The position numbers were made by a program, and so were the translations under genes. The notes beneath the pieces are model-generated. The model saw nothing but the letters and a program-made list of their open reading frames with translations, made no database searches and was not told the DNA's origin. From positions 1 through 63,478 of the forward strand of contig JAIPGJ010000003.1 of assembly GCA_021736185.1 (NCBI GenBank): a stretch of DNA of 63,478 nucleotides, in the 5' to 3' direction. This DNA is from Fidelibacterota bacterium. Its GTDB lineage: Bacteria > Fidelibacterota > UBA8477 > JABMPR01. How positions within the stretch are numbered: the first letter of the stretch is position 1; every line of letters begins with the position of its first letter. Positions 45,899 to 55,803 of this stretch are shown here, piece after piece.

Positions 45899-47816
45899 GG
45901 CTCAACCTGACTGAGGCATAGCTCTGTCTCACTTCCCCACAATCAAGCATGCGAGCACCAAAATAGGGGTTCTTCACCTGTTTGTCCGTTTGGAGCCATG
46001 ACGCGCCCTGATTGTCAAAGGCCATGGGGCAAAAGATTTCGTAAAGTGTGGTATCATTGAAATGACCAAAGGTGGTCTGCAAACCAAGAACAAATTGAGA
46101 GAGCGGGTCAAAAGACTTGCGTATACTCTCCAGGGTCATATTGGCTTTATCAACAGCAACCGTATTGTCCAGTGTGCGTTTTAACTTTACCCAGGGTTGA
46201 GGCATGCGCTCCCCCGCGATGTCCTCAGAATTAATTCTGGACAGCAGCTTATTGAGCGCTTCACCAGAAGCTTTAAGATCGTCCCCGGCAAGTTTGCTTT
46301 GAAGCAAGAGATAGTCCTGATATATCAGGGACAGGTGAGTTTGAAACTCAGCAGAAATGGCCACCAATGCTTTGGATTTGGCGGCACTCATCATACTCGT
46401 TTTGCCGGCTATCTGCATGGCACTGTCAATTTTGAAGTTACCCTTAGTCACGACGCGCTCACCTTCAGCTAGCCCACTTAGAATGATATAATCATCGCCG
46501 ACACGTGGGCCGAGAACCACTTCCCGCATTTCATAAGTCAGCAAATCCTCAGATTCCTGCTCCACATAAACCAGCGCTCTTTTGCCCGTCTTAAGAACAG
46601 CAGTTCCCGGGATGAGGAGGGCATCTGAAGCAATGGGTGACTTCATATCCTTTTTGGTTATTTTGACCAGATTCATACCACAGACTGGACAATCTCCCGG
46701 GTGAGATTCCATCACTTCCGGGTGCATGGGACAAGTCCATTTGCCAGACAAATCAGGAGTGATCACATAACCCTCACCATTCAATGACACTGATATAGTG
46801 GCTTCTGCCAACATGCCAGGTTTGAGCAGTCCCTGTGGATTATCAAGAACGGCCCGAACGGTGACACTGCGCGTCATGGGATCGACCAGTGGATCGATAT
46901 AAGAAATGTTGGCGGAGTAGGTTCGACCTGGTAAACCGGCGACTGAGAAGCTTAGCTTTTGACCGTAGGCAAGCCACGGCAAATCCCGCTCGTAGGCATC
47001 CAGAATGAGCCAAACCTTGGATAGGTCAGCGATGGTGTAAATGGGTTCACCGGTCCTAACGTATTTTCCTTCGACAGCATTCTTATGGGTAACAATCCCC
47101 GTGATGGGGCTATTGATCTGAAGTGCTGATTGAGCTGATCCATTCCTGAGAATTGCATTAATCTGAGCTTCACTGAGTCCCAGCAGTTTTGTTTTTGCTT
47201 TCACCGATTGAAAGGCCGCCTCTCCGGTGGATCCATTTTGTTGAGCAGCTTGACCCTGTGTACGTCGATATGCCAGCAGGAGTTCTTCCTGGGCTGAATA
47301 GAGCTCGGGGCTGTAAATTTCGAATAAGTGATCACCCCTGTTTACCTTGATCCCCGTATAGTCCACAAAAAGTCGGTCGAGACGACCGGGGAACCAGGCT
47401 GAAATCGACTTCACCCGGGTTTCATCATAACTTATTTTTCCCGACAATCGAATTTCAGTGATCGCCCGGCCTCTACGAACGGTTGAAGTTGAAATTTCTG
47501 AAAGCTTTGCGGCTGATTTCGAGAGGGATATTTTCTCTGCACCGGCAGACATGCCGGATGCTTTCAGGGGTATTAAATCCATAAAACAGATGGGGCACTG
47601 CCCTGGTTCATCCAGTTTAACCTGGGGATGCATGGAGCAGGTCCAGATGGTCTTTTGCGAATGTTCAGTATGGTCTGCGACAACGGATTCGGTTTCCGTT
47701 GAGAATAGCATACTCCCCAGGAGTATGCCTAGGATGAGTATGAGAAATCGGATAGTCCATTTATTTGATATAATCAAATTCAGTTTGATCCATGTCTGTG
47801 ATAATTGTTCATTCAT
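45891..47816 (-). CDS. Efflux RND periplasmic adaptor (CusB-like) with two HMBD modules and a DUF3347-like C-terminus
   Basis: Modules WTCSMHPQVKLDEPGQCPICFMDL and WTCPMHPEVMESHPGDCPVCGMNL. Barrel-sandwich/lipoyl-like core. C-terminal segment FCPMAFDNQGASWLQTDKQVKNPYFGARMLDCGE. Confidence 0.8.
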   Translation of the reverse strand: MNEQLSQTWIKLNLIISNKWTIRFLILILGILLGSMLFSTETESVVADHTEHSQKTIWTCSMHPQVKLDEPGQCPICFMDLIPLKASGMSAGAEKISLSKSAAKLSEISTSTVRRGRAITEIRLSGKISYDETRVKSISAWFPGRLDRLFVDYTGIKVNRGDHLFEIYSPELYSAQEELLLAYRRTQGQAAQQNGSTGEAAFQSVKAKTKLLGLSEAQINAILRNGSAQSALQINSPITGIVTHKNAVEGKYVRTGEPIYTIADLSKVWLILDAYERDLPWLAYGQKLSFSVAGLPGRTYSANISYIDPLVDPMTRSVTVRAVLDNPQGLLKPGMLAEATISVSLNGEGYVITPDLSGKWTCPMHPEVMESHPGDCPVCGMNLVKITKKDMKSPIASDALLIPGTAVLKTGKRALVYVEQESEDLLTYEMREVVLGPRVGDDYIILSGLAEGERVVTKGNFKIDSAMQIAGKTSMMSAAKSKALVAISAEFQTHLSLIYQDYLLLQSKLAGDDLKASGEALNKLLSRINSEDIAGERMPQPWVKLKRTLDNTVAVDKANMTLESIRKSFDPLSQFVLGLQTTFGHFNDTTLYEIFCPMAFDNQGASWLQTDKQVKNPYFGARMLDCGEVRQSYASVRLSHE

Positions 47817-47817
47817 T

Positions 47818-49161
47818 TTAATTGCCTTTCAAATAGCGCAGTTCAGCCATTTGTAATTGTGCGAAATATTTTGCATTCACTAATGCCAGCTTCAAGTCAA
47901 GGACCTGTTGTTTGGCCATGGTGTAGGAAAACACATCAGAACTTTGGCTAATATATTCCTGTTGCATGACACTCTCGATTTCCTGTGCTTTGGGGATGAG
48001 CTGATCCTCATATAGATGGATATTTCTCAATTGTTCAGCGAGCATTGATTGTGCTATTTCATATTCCTGAGAGAGACGGTTCATTTCGGCGTCATGAAGA
48101 GCCTGAGCTTTTTTGAATTTCCACTCAGAGGATCTCACTGCAGATCTTTTTGATTTCCAATTCCAAAGGGGAAGCGCCAATCCGGCACTGACGATGAGTG
48201 GGTCTTTTCCGCTATCCTCAACAATGACTCCATTAACCACACGCTGATCGGTAAATATATAATCCAGACCAATTTTAATATCTGGAATAAATGCGGCCTG
48301 AGCGCTTTCAATATCTGCACCTGCTTCATTTTTTGAAGCTTCAAAGCGTGTAAGCCGAGGGTGGTTCGGCGAAACACCACTATCTGTTTCAAGATCTTGA
48401 ATTGTTAGTGAAATAGCAGGGAGAAAATCTTCCGGCAAGGCTGCATTATCCTCAAGAAAATCGCCAAGATGAACCATAAGCCGTTGATATCTACTCTGCA
48501 AATCCTGGAGTTTATTTTCCAGCTGAAGCGACTGGATCTGAACCTCGAACAGTTTCTTATGACTGATGGCTGCGCTCTGATATTGAATCTGGAGTACTTT
48601 TTCCAGATCTTTTGACAAGGTCAATTTAGCTTCTATGATGGAAGTTAAAGATTGTATTTGCCAGGCCTCAGCCCACAGTTTGTCTATATTTCTCTCCAGG
48701 GAGAGTCGCAAAGTTTGGAGCATTTCAAAGCTCTGAATCGCATGAAAATGACTCCCCTTTCTATCGGAACGAATCTTAGAAAACCAGGGGATGGTTTGAC
48801 CCAGGGATAACTTTGCAGATTGTGGTCCCTGTGCGGTTTCAATAGGTTCCAAATAGTAGCCCAGGCCCAGGGTTGGATCTGGCAAACCGGGGATAGAGCG
48901 GGTTTTTTCCAGATTCCCCTGCCAATCAGCGTATTGGGCTCGCAGATCAGCATTCCGCTGAGCAGCTAGTACCTGAAGTTCATCTAAGGTTCCAATATGG
49001 CTGGGAACTTCCATAGGCTTCTGGTTCAGTTGCTCCATCCAGCTTTCCATGGTCGGTGAGGCATCTTTTTCAGCTCCACTGAGTGGGAATGACAACAATA
49101 TTTGGAAGAGAATGGACATTCTCCACAATATGCCTATTAAAACTTTTTTATTTTGCAACAC
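47818..49161 (-). CDS. TolC-family outer-membrane efflux protein (CusC-like)
   Basis: 447 aa with a signal-like N-terminus and two repeated helical halves typical of outer-membrane factors. Its stop lies 1 nt before the adaptor ATG. GTG start. Confidence 0.7.
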   Translation of the reverse strand: MLQNKKVLIGILWRMSILFQILLSFPLSGAEKDASPTMESWMEQLNQKPMEVPSHIGTLDELQVLAAQRNADLRAQYADWQGNLEKTRSIPGLPDPTLGLGYYLEPIETAQGPQSAKLSLGQTIPWFSKIRSDRKGSHFHAIQSFEMLQTLRLSLERNIDKLWAEAWQIQSLTSIIEAKLTLSKDLEKVLQIQYQSAAISHKKLFEVQIQSLQLENKLQDLQSRYQRLMVHLGDFLEDNAALPEDFLPAISLTIQDLETDSGVSPNHPRLTRFEASKNEAGADIESAQAAFIPDIKIGLDYIFTDQRVVNGVIVEDSGKDPLIVSAGLALPLWNWKSKRSAVRSSEWKFKKAQALHDAEMNRLSQEYEIAQSMLAEQLRNIHLYEDQLIPKAQEIESVMQQEYISQSSDVFSYTMAKQQVLDLKLALVNAKYFAQLQMAELRYLKGN

Positions 49162-49245
49162 AGTAACATCTCCAAAATAGGATACTAAACAAATTCAAAC
49201 ACACAGGCATTGAGCCTGGTGGTTCATCCTAGCTTATTAAGATGT

Positions 49246-49608
49246 CTAAATCAGGAGCGGGGTGTGGACTGGCGGGGGTGCCTTCTGTTGAAAGAGCAGC
49301 TCGTCAACACTGAACTGAAATTGATCAGGTAAAATGTCGAAACTGACGCGAGGGGTGGTGGTCATATCCAGGTGAACATTGGATTCAACTTTGATCAGGG
49401 GTGCTGAGATCAACGGTATGAAGAGGGTGACATTGCACGAAGTCATGGCCATATCACAACCGGTTTCCCCTTCAGTATCACAGCAACTTGCGACCGTAGC
49501 ACAACAGGCAGCCTGGCAATTGTGATGGGTGGGCACCAGTGGTATCACTTGCATCATCCCGATGAGGATGAGTGTATAGATGGCAGTATGTTTCCAGGTC
49601 TTCTTCAC
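49246..49608 (-). CDS. Hypothetical Cys/His-rich small protein, first gene of the efflux operon
   Basis: N-terminal hydrophobic helix followed by HHNCQAACCATVASCCDTEGETGCDMAMTSC. GTG start with no clear SD. Confidence 0.45.
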   Translation of the reverse strand: MKKTWKHTAIYTLILIGMMQVIPLVPTHHNCQAACCATVASCCDTEGETGCDMAMTSCNVTLFIPLISAPLIKVESNVHLDMTTTPRVSFDILPDQFQFSVDELLFQQKAPPPVHTPLLI

Positions 49609-49681
49609 AGGTGGTTAATATGACTCAACTTAGAATAGTTCCAAGTTATTTTATTAAAACACATATTGGGGATGGCAACCC

Positions 49682-52663
49682 TTAAAAGATTAACCAGTCA
49701 TAAACATTCGAGCCTGATTCACTAGCACCGCCACCGATCCATTCGCTCCCCTCTACACCTACGGGTCTAAAATCGCCGATCCCGGCACCGCCATGATCAT
49801 CCTGGCATCCTGCAGCAATTTGGAAAGTAGCCTGTTCCAATGAATGACGGAACAGGTCTTTGGGCAGGTTGAACTGGATTTGCTTCGTTTCAGTGTTGCC
49901 AATAGCACCAGCAAGTGTTTTGGGCATGTACTCTGCTTCTGGCTGATGATGGTCATCAACCAACAGAATACCGCCACTAATGTAAAGTATTTGATCGGCT
50001 TTAAAGTCTGCCTGAAATTGAGTGTTGGAGTTCTTCCCTAAATCACTTGTGCCTGTTGCAGAATGATAACTGATCCCGACGGCACAGTAGGTCAACTGAT
50101 ATCCATATTCTGGATGCCATCCCGGATCCACCAGATTGCTCATGGTGAGATGGAACCCATAGTTTGATTCATACTCACTGAGTTCAAATTTCAGGATATC
50201 AGCAATTCCATCTTCAAATTGAGGATTGCTTGGGTAGGTATAGCTCCGATTTGAACCATGGTCATCCCCAGCCGCATCCCTGCCAATTAAAATAGGTTTC
50301 GAAGGCTCACTGTGAGGGATCACTTCTTTTTCGCTGAGCAGTCGATGATCAGGTCCCAGGAGGGAAGGAACTTGTCTTAAAGTATCCAGCTCACAAAAAG
50401 GCAGGCTGTTCGCCGGAGTAAGTACCTTTTCGTGGGAAACCAGATAATCACCTATATCTCCTGGTACAGTCCACTGCCCCATCTGTTTCTCGTATCGTAT
50501 ATGTAGCTTGCGCTCCTGCCAGGTCAGATCGAGGTGGGCCACTTCCACATCTGCAAATAATTCAAACGACAGATTCAGGGGCTCTTCAAATGCCCTGGAG
50601 AGGTAAATATCAAATTGAGAATCAGAATCCTCGTACCTGATCTCCCAGGTATCTGAGCCGATAAGGTGTTTAAACTCGATTTCTTCAAGATCAGGGAGAA
50701 GTCGCGGTGCAATAGTCACATGGGATTTGGATAAATCGGGTTGAATCCCCAGAATATCCTGATAAAAGCTCCGTAGATACTCTGCCAGGCTCCAGGCTTG
50801 ACTAAAAGTGCCTGAAAGCTGCAGTTCTCCCGCTCTTGGCCAGGCATCCGTGAGCTCTGCAATGGTACCAATCGCTCCACGATCTAATATTTGTTGTGTC
50901 AGATTGTTGAACAAAGCCTCAACATAATGATATTGATTAAAGCGGATCGCTGGAGTGATGGTTGCGGCTGAGTTCCAGGTCCAGATGATGCCATTATGGT
51001 AGGCGGCATCCTGGACATAAAGACCGGCAAGGTGATGATAGGGATGAAAATTCGGGTCATCCTGTGCCAATGACAATACACCCTGCCTGGTCAATAGCTG
51101 GGGTGCCAGAGTTTTAAATGTGGTCCAATCACAGGTTTCCTGAAATAATCTAGGAACCAGAAAGACGTTTGGCCGAATTTGATGATCTTGTGTATCATCT
51201 GAATTGAGATGATCAACTAGGTACGTCCCATCCATAGATTTAAATTTTTCAAGGGAGACATGGCCCTGTTCAATCGTCTTATCCAACTGCTGGGTAAGTT
51301 CAGCATCACCATACTTATCGGCGAGACGTCTGGTAATTTCCAGCTGATCCCGCCAGATAAATTGAATATCAATCGCCCGATCTCCCCGGGGACTCCAGGG
51401 ACCATCAGGACCCTTGGCATCCATCCAGGTATCTGCATCGGCGTGGCGTAAGAGTCCATCCTCATCGACCCAATTCATCAGAGAACCCATGGTAGCCCGA
51501 CGAATGGCTGGCCACATCTGGTCAAGAAACTCGATATCCCCACTATATCGATAATAATCCCAGACTGACCTTACAAACCATGGGGTTCCATCCGTTGTAT
51601 TGTAGATGATATCATCAGGTTGAGCGCGATTGGGAACCCGCCCAAAATCAGGATCGGATTCATCCCGGTTCTGCAGATCCGCAAAGGATAGCAATATTTG
51701 TTTGGCATCTTCATACTGACCAGTTATGAGAACGGCACCGGTGAATGAGATAAAGGCATCGCGACCCCAGTAATCATCGAACCAGGGCAGCCCGGCATAG
51801 ATGCCCTTCCCCATCTGATTCATCACCAAAGCATCCAGCGATTGATGAGCCCAGTAAATGGCCTTATCCAGTTCAGGTAAATTGCTTGTTAATGCTGTTG
51901 ATTCCGCAAGTTGATTGATCCTTTGTTGTCTATGTTTACGGGTATTTTCCAGCGAGTCAGCGTCTTGATCCAATTCTAGAATATCCTCGCTTAGCGATAT
52001 AGCAATTACCAAACGATTCGAGGTGGTATCATCAGCACGGGGAGTAAGATAAGCTGTAAAAAGGTCCTGGTCGGGAGTCTCTGAAGGTTGCCACCTCATT
52101 GGTTCTGAAAACCAGATCTGTAGATGTGGGTAGCTTGAAGGAAGATCTTTCAGGCGATTCAGAGTTACATTCAACTCATGCTCTGAGGTGCTGATAGTGA
52201 AATCCTGAGCCTGGTTACCGCCGAGAATGGCGGGCTGAACCGTCCAGTGTGTGGTCTTGCCAGCGTCGAGCTGTACCAGAAGCATCCGTTTTTCATCCAA
52301 GAGAGTCCAAGTTTCACGAATTCTCAACTGGGGATAAATGCGGACCAGAGAAACCGGATCAATAATTACTTCAGCATTTTCTCTGGGCAAGAGTTGGCCA
52401 TCTGCATAGATGAACAAATCCTCCAGATATCCCCGTTTTGCAGCAGTGAGACCATGCCAGGGAGAGTTGTTATATCCTCCCGCCCGAGTAACCCAGAAGG
52501 CATCCTGCTTATTGGTAAAGGCAATCTCCCGTTGGCTCCCTGGATCAAGCTTAAAATCGAAGTCACTGTCACCACCGGTTTTATCTGAAGCGCAGGCACA
52601 TATTAATGACAAATAAATGCCCGTGAATATCAGACGAGGAAGATTAAAAGCTGAACCCCTCAT
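49682..52663 (-). CDS. Amylo-alpha-1,6-glucosidase / glycogen-debranching-type (GDE_C) enzyme with a glucodextranase-like C-terminal domain
   Basis: Lipoprotein-like signal (LICAC). GDE_C block YAGLPWFDDYWGRDAFISF. C-terminal block GDDHGSNRSYTYPSNPQFEDGIADILKFEL. Confidence 0.7.
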   Translation of the reverse strand: MRGSAFNLPRLIFTGIYLSLICACASDKTGGDSDFDFKLDPGSQREIAFTNKQDAFWVTRAGGYNNSPWHGLTAAKRGYLEDLFIYADGQLLPRENAEVIIDPVSLVRIYPQLRIRETWTLLDEKRMLLVQLDAGKTTHWTVQPAILGGNQAQDFTISTSEHELNVTLNRLKDLPSSYPHLQIWFSEPMRWQPSETPDQDLFTAYLTPRADDTTSNRLVIAISLSEDILELDQDADSLENTRKHRQQRINQLAESTALTSNLPELDKAIYWAHQSLDALVMNQMGKGIYAGLPWFDDYWGRDAFISFTGAVLITGQYEDAKQILLSFADLQNRDESDPDFGRVPNRAQPDDIIYNTTDGTPWFVRSVWDYYRYSGDIEFLDQMWPAIRRATMGSLMNWVDEDGLLRHADADTWMDAKGPDGPWSPRGDRAIDIQFIWRDQLEITRRLADKYGDAELTQQLDKTIEQGHVSLEKFKSMDGTYLVDHLNSDDTQDHQIRPNVFLVPRLFQETCDWTTFKTLAPQLLTRQGVLSLAQDDPNFHPYHHLAGLYVQDAAYHNGIIWTWNSAATITPAIRFNQYHYVEALFNNLTQQILDRGAIGTIAELTDAWPRAGELQLSGTFSQAWSLAEYLRSFYQDILGIQPDLSKSHVTIAPRLLPDLEEIEFKHLIGSDTWEIRYEDSDSQFDIYLSRAFEEPLNLSFELFADVEVAHLDLTWQERKLHIRYEKQMGQWTVPGDIGDYLVSHEKVLTPANSLPFCELDTLRQVPSLLGPDHRLLSEKEVIPHSEPSKPILIGRDAAGDDHGSNRSYTYPSNPQFEDGIADILKFELSEYESNYGFHLTMSNLVDPGWHPEYGYQLTYCAVGISYHSATGTSDLGKNSNTQFQADFKADQILYISGGILLVDDHHQPEAEYMPKTLAGAIGNTETKQIQFNLPKDLFRHSLEQATFQIAAGCQDDHGGAGIGDFRPVGVEGSEWIGGGASESGSNVYDWLIF

Positions 52664-52670
52664 GAATGAG

Positions 52671-55600
52671 TTATTTCAGATAAATCATTTTGATGACGTC
52701 TGAAGTCTCTCCCATCCTGATCTGAGCTAGATATAGACCCGTTTCTATGTTTAAGCCTGTGGAGGAGGAACCTTCCCAGCGAATCTCATGATAGCCCCTA
52801 TCCTGGTAAGATGAAACCAGATTACTAACCAGCCGTCCGTTGATATCATAAATATTCAGCTCCACATTGCCAGGATTGGTCAAATGATAGCGAATGGTGG
52901 TGACCGGGTTGAAGGGGTTAGGATAATTCTGATATAGTCTGAAACTTTCAGCCTGAATCACCTCTGGGTCATCCACAGATAATAGGGCTGGCAAGGTTGG
53001 AATCTCCACCATCTCCAGACGGTCAGAAATCGTGATGATTGCTGTCCCATATGCTGCAAGGGATATAGTGAAACTTTGCAGCTCTAGTCCAGTCAGCTCC
53101 ACACTTATTCCCGTATAGTGATTATTCACCCAATAGGTTGAATCCAGGCTAAATGCATGTGTGAACTTCAAATTTTGCGAAGCGAGATTGAGTGTCCCAT
53201 TCTGAGATTGAGCAGAAAAATTTACCACGGTAAGTCCATTCGAATTGGTAAAGGGTCTTAGAAATGCGTACAGCGTCCCAACACCCGTCTCTACGCGATC
53301 GAAATCTGACTCATCGGAGCTATTCACATTACCATCGTTATTGGTGTCCTGCTTGTGCTGCCAGAACGCAGGGAATTGAGCCCTGATTTGAGCCAATTTC
53401 TGGTAATGAGGTGTCAATAAATCACGGCCATCGAACTCCCAATCAATCACGCCTCGACGACGATTATTGAGATCCGGTTCTCCAGGTGCTCCCAAGCCCC
53501 TACCCCAACCGACTTCCTGACCGTTCATGACCATGGGGATGCCAGGTGCCGTTAGAATCACAGATGCCATGGGCATGGTTTTAACAAAGGAATTGTATTT
53601 ATAACTGATACGATCTTCATCCTGGGATTCCATGAAGCGCATGTAGTAAGCATTCTCCCCAGGGTAATAACCTGAGTTATCCAGTTCAGAATGGAGAGTG
53701 CTCACGCTGGATGATGAAAAACCAAAATCTCGAATGGCATTAAAATATGCTTTAAAATCATAGCTGGCATCCAAACCACCCCCCTGGTCAGCATAGATCG
53801 TTTCCGTTCCGAAGCCAGTCCCGTCATCCTCGCCCAATAGCATGATGTCTGGTTTGATGTGTTTCAAGGCTTCACGAACAGGGATACCCATATTTGATTC
53901 ACCATACTTCCGATGCGGTCCCCAGTAGACATCAAAGCGATAGCCATCGATGCCAAAGGCTTCCATCCAGTATTCATAGACACCTGTCATATAACGACGG
54001 GCATCCAGATCACGCCAATCCCAGTTAAGGAGTACATCGCTAAAGGCGCAATAGTAGTAGATCCCCTCAGGGGTGACGCAGTCAGAGAGTCCATTGGTGT
54101 TGTGAGGAATATACTCGGTCTGGTAGTAACTATAGTACTGGGAATCATCGCCATATCTGGAAGCTTCCTTGGCAAATGGATGAACGTTACCACTATGATT
54201 GGGGGTCACATCCTGAATCACTTTGAGCCCCAGGTCATGGGCCGCATCGACAAAATCCTTATACTCCTGATCAGTCCCATAGGATGACTCGACGTGCATA
54301 AAATCTTCAATGTAATAGCCAATATTAATCTGATTATCTACATCTCCAGGGATTTCCATTACAGGTAAAACCCAAATGGTGTTAAAACCCATGGCTGCGA
54401 TATAATCAAGGTTGGGTATGGCGGAGGCAATCGTTCCTTCAGGCGTGAATGCTTTAAAGAAAAGTAAATAGATCCTGCTGTTTTTAACCCATTGGGGATT
54501 GTCTTCAAAGTGAGCAACGTCCACAAGGCTACCATCTTGACCAATAAAAAAGCTCCCCTGGGTGGAATCAACTTCACCCTGTTCGTCTTGCACCACGAGT
54601 GAAATAAAATACTCACCTGGTGTCGTGGGGATGGCGATATCTTGAATGCTGAGTATCGATCCTGCCAATCCAAGTTCTTGGGGATTACGAGGGTCCTCTC
54701 CCCAGAGCAGATTAAGTTGGCTTCCATCCGGATCAAAACTACCCACGCTGCTTATGGCCAGGACCGATCCGGCAAAGTTGATGTTGATCTGAGCTATGGG
54801 TTCATGTTTCACTTTTTTCAGAATGGGTAAAATGGCTGAATTCTCTGTATTACCATCAATAGTAACCTGGAGTTGGAAATTATTTATATCATTCACCAAT
54901 TGGATGCTTGTATCGATAATTCCGTTTACCACAGAGACTGTCCAACTCTCGTTATCTCTTGATAATAGCGCTGAATCAATATCTTCATTAAACCCACCAT
55001 CACTAGCGTATATGGCTCCCCTCAAGCGCCAACTCTCTTTCCAGGTCTGGGCAGGGAGAGTGAAGAATTGAACAATATCAGCCTGTACAGAAAAGGAAGT
55101 GGTTTCAGTGTGGGAAGCACCATTCAGGCTGGAGGCAGAAAGACTCAAGGGGTGTTCACCATCACCCAGTGCATCTGAAACGATAAAACTGAATCTGTTG
55201 GTTAGAAAATCATAAGCCCCACCGATATGCGTATAAGTGTGCCCTCCAACAGTCAAGCTGATGGAGGCGGTATCAATCTCTGTGTCGGTTGAGGGAAATA
55301 AATAGGCGGAAATCTCTGGATATCTGGAATGGACATCTTCAGAAGCAAGGGTAGAATTGGGCAACAATAAGTGGATAGTAGGATCATTGATGGGCAAATA
55401 TGAATTATTGTTATCACTTGTATTGTTACGTGGATTCAGGGGATCAGAAAACCAGCCTCCATCATGAAATTTATACTGGTATGAACCAGGTATACTATTC
55501 CCCGAAGGCAAAGGATTGGGTCCACCCACTCTGAGTCGAATGGTTTTTGACCAGGCATTATCGACTTCATCATAGAACATCTGGGATGCAGCAGAGGAGG

Positions 55601-55745
55601 TATTCCAACCATTGAATTCGCCAGGTATATGGACATCACTGGGGTTATCCGCAGGGTAATAGTAGAAAGTGACATCTACACTATCCTGGGCAAACCCAAA
55701 CTGAGAAAAGATGAGTATTAAAATAACGGTCAAAAGTTTATGCAT
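52671..55745 (-). CDS. Secreted GH13 alpha-amylase-family enzyme with an N-terminal CBM48/E-set-like domain and a T9SS C-terminal sorting domain
   Basis: Start taken as the ATG at 55745 (MHKLLTVILILIFSQFGFAQ). GH13 regions DVTPNH, GYRFDVYWG, LLGEDDG and FMESQDED. CTD NYPNPFNPVTTIRYHL...GLYLAQIRMG... Confidence 0.8.
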   Translation of the reverse strand: MHKLLTVILILIFSQFGFAQDSVDVTFYYYPADNPSDVHIPGEFNGWNTSSAASQMFYDEVDNAWSKTIRLRVGGPNPLPSGNSIPGSYQYKFHDGGWFSDPLNPRNNTSDNNNSYLPINDPTIHLLLPNSTLASEDVHSRYPEISAYLFPSTDTEIDTASISLTVGGHTYTHIGGAYDFLTNRFSFIVSDALGDGEHPLSLSASSLNGASHTETTSFSVQADIVQFFTLPAQTWKESWRLRGAIYASDGGFNEDIDSALLSRDNESWTVSVVNGIIDTSIQLVNDINNFQLQVTIDGNTENSAILPILKKVKHEPIAQININFAGSVLAISSVGSFDPDGSQLNLLWGEDPRNPQELGLAGSILSIQDIAIPTTPGEYFISLVVQDEQGEVDSTQGSFFIGQDGSLVDVAHFEDNPQWVKNSRIYLLFFKAFTPEGTIASAIPNLDYIAAMGFNTIWVLPVMEIPGDVDNQINIGYYIEDFMHVESSYGTDQEYKDFVDAAHDLGLKVIQDVTPNHSGNVHPFAKEASRYGDDSQYYSYYQTEYIPHNTNGLSDCVTPEGIYYYCAFSDVLLNWDWRDLDARRYMTGVYEYWMEAFGIDGYRFDVYWGPHRKYGESNMGIPVREALKHIKPDIMLLGEDDGTGFGTETIYADQGGGLDASYDFKAYFNAIRDFGFSSSSVSTLHSELDNSGYYPGENAYYMRFMESQDEDRISYKYNSFVKTMPMASVILTAPGIPMVMNGQEVGWGRGLGAPGEPDLNNRRRGVIDWEFDGRDLLTPHYQKLAQIRAQFPAFWQHKQDTNNDGNVNSSDESDFDRVETGVGTLYAFLRPFTNSNGLTVVNFSAQSQNGTLNLASQNLKFTHAFSLDSTYWVNNHYTGISVELTGLELQSFTISLAAYGTAIITISDRLEMVEIPTLPALLSVDDPEVIQAESFRLYQNYPNPFNPVTTIRYHLTNPGNVELNIYDINGRLVSNLVSSYQDRGYHEIRWEGSSSTGLNIETGLYLAQIRMGETSDVIKMIYLK

Positions 55746-55803
55746 AATGGACCTCAATATTTCTTTTTGAAGGGCCTGGTTTGGCTCTTCCTCAATTTGA
55801 AAA

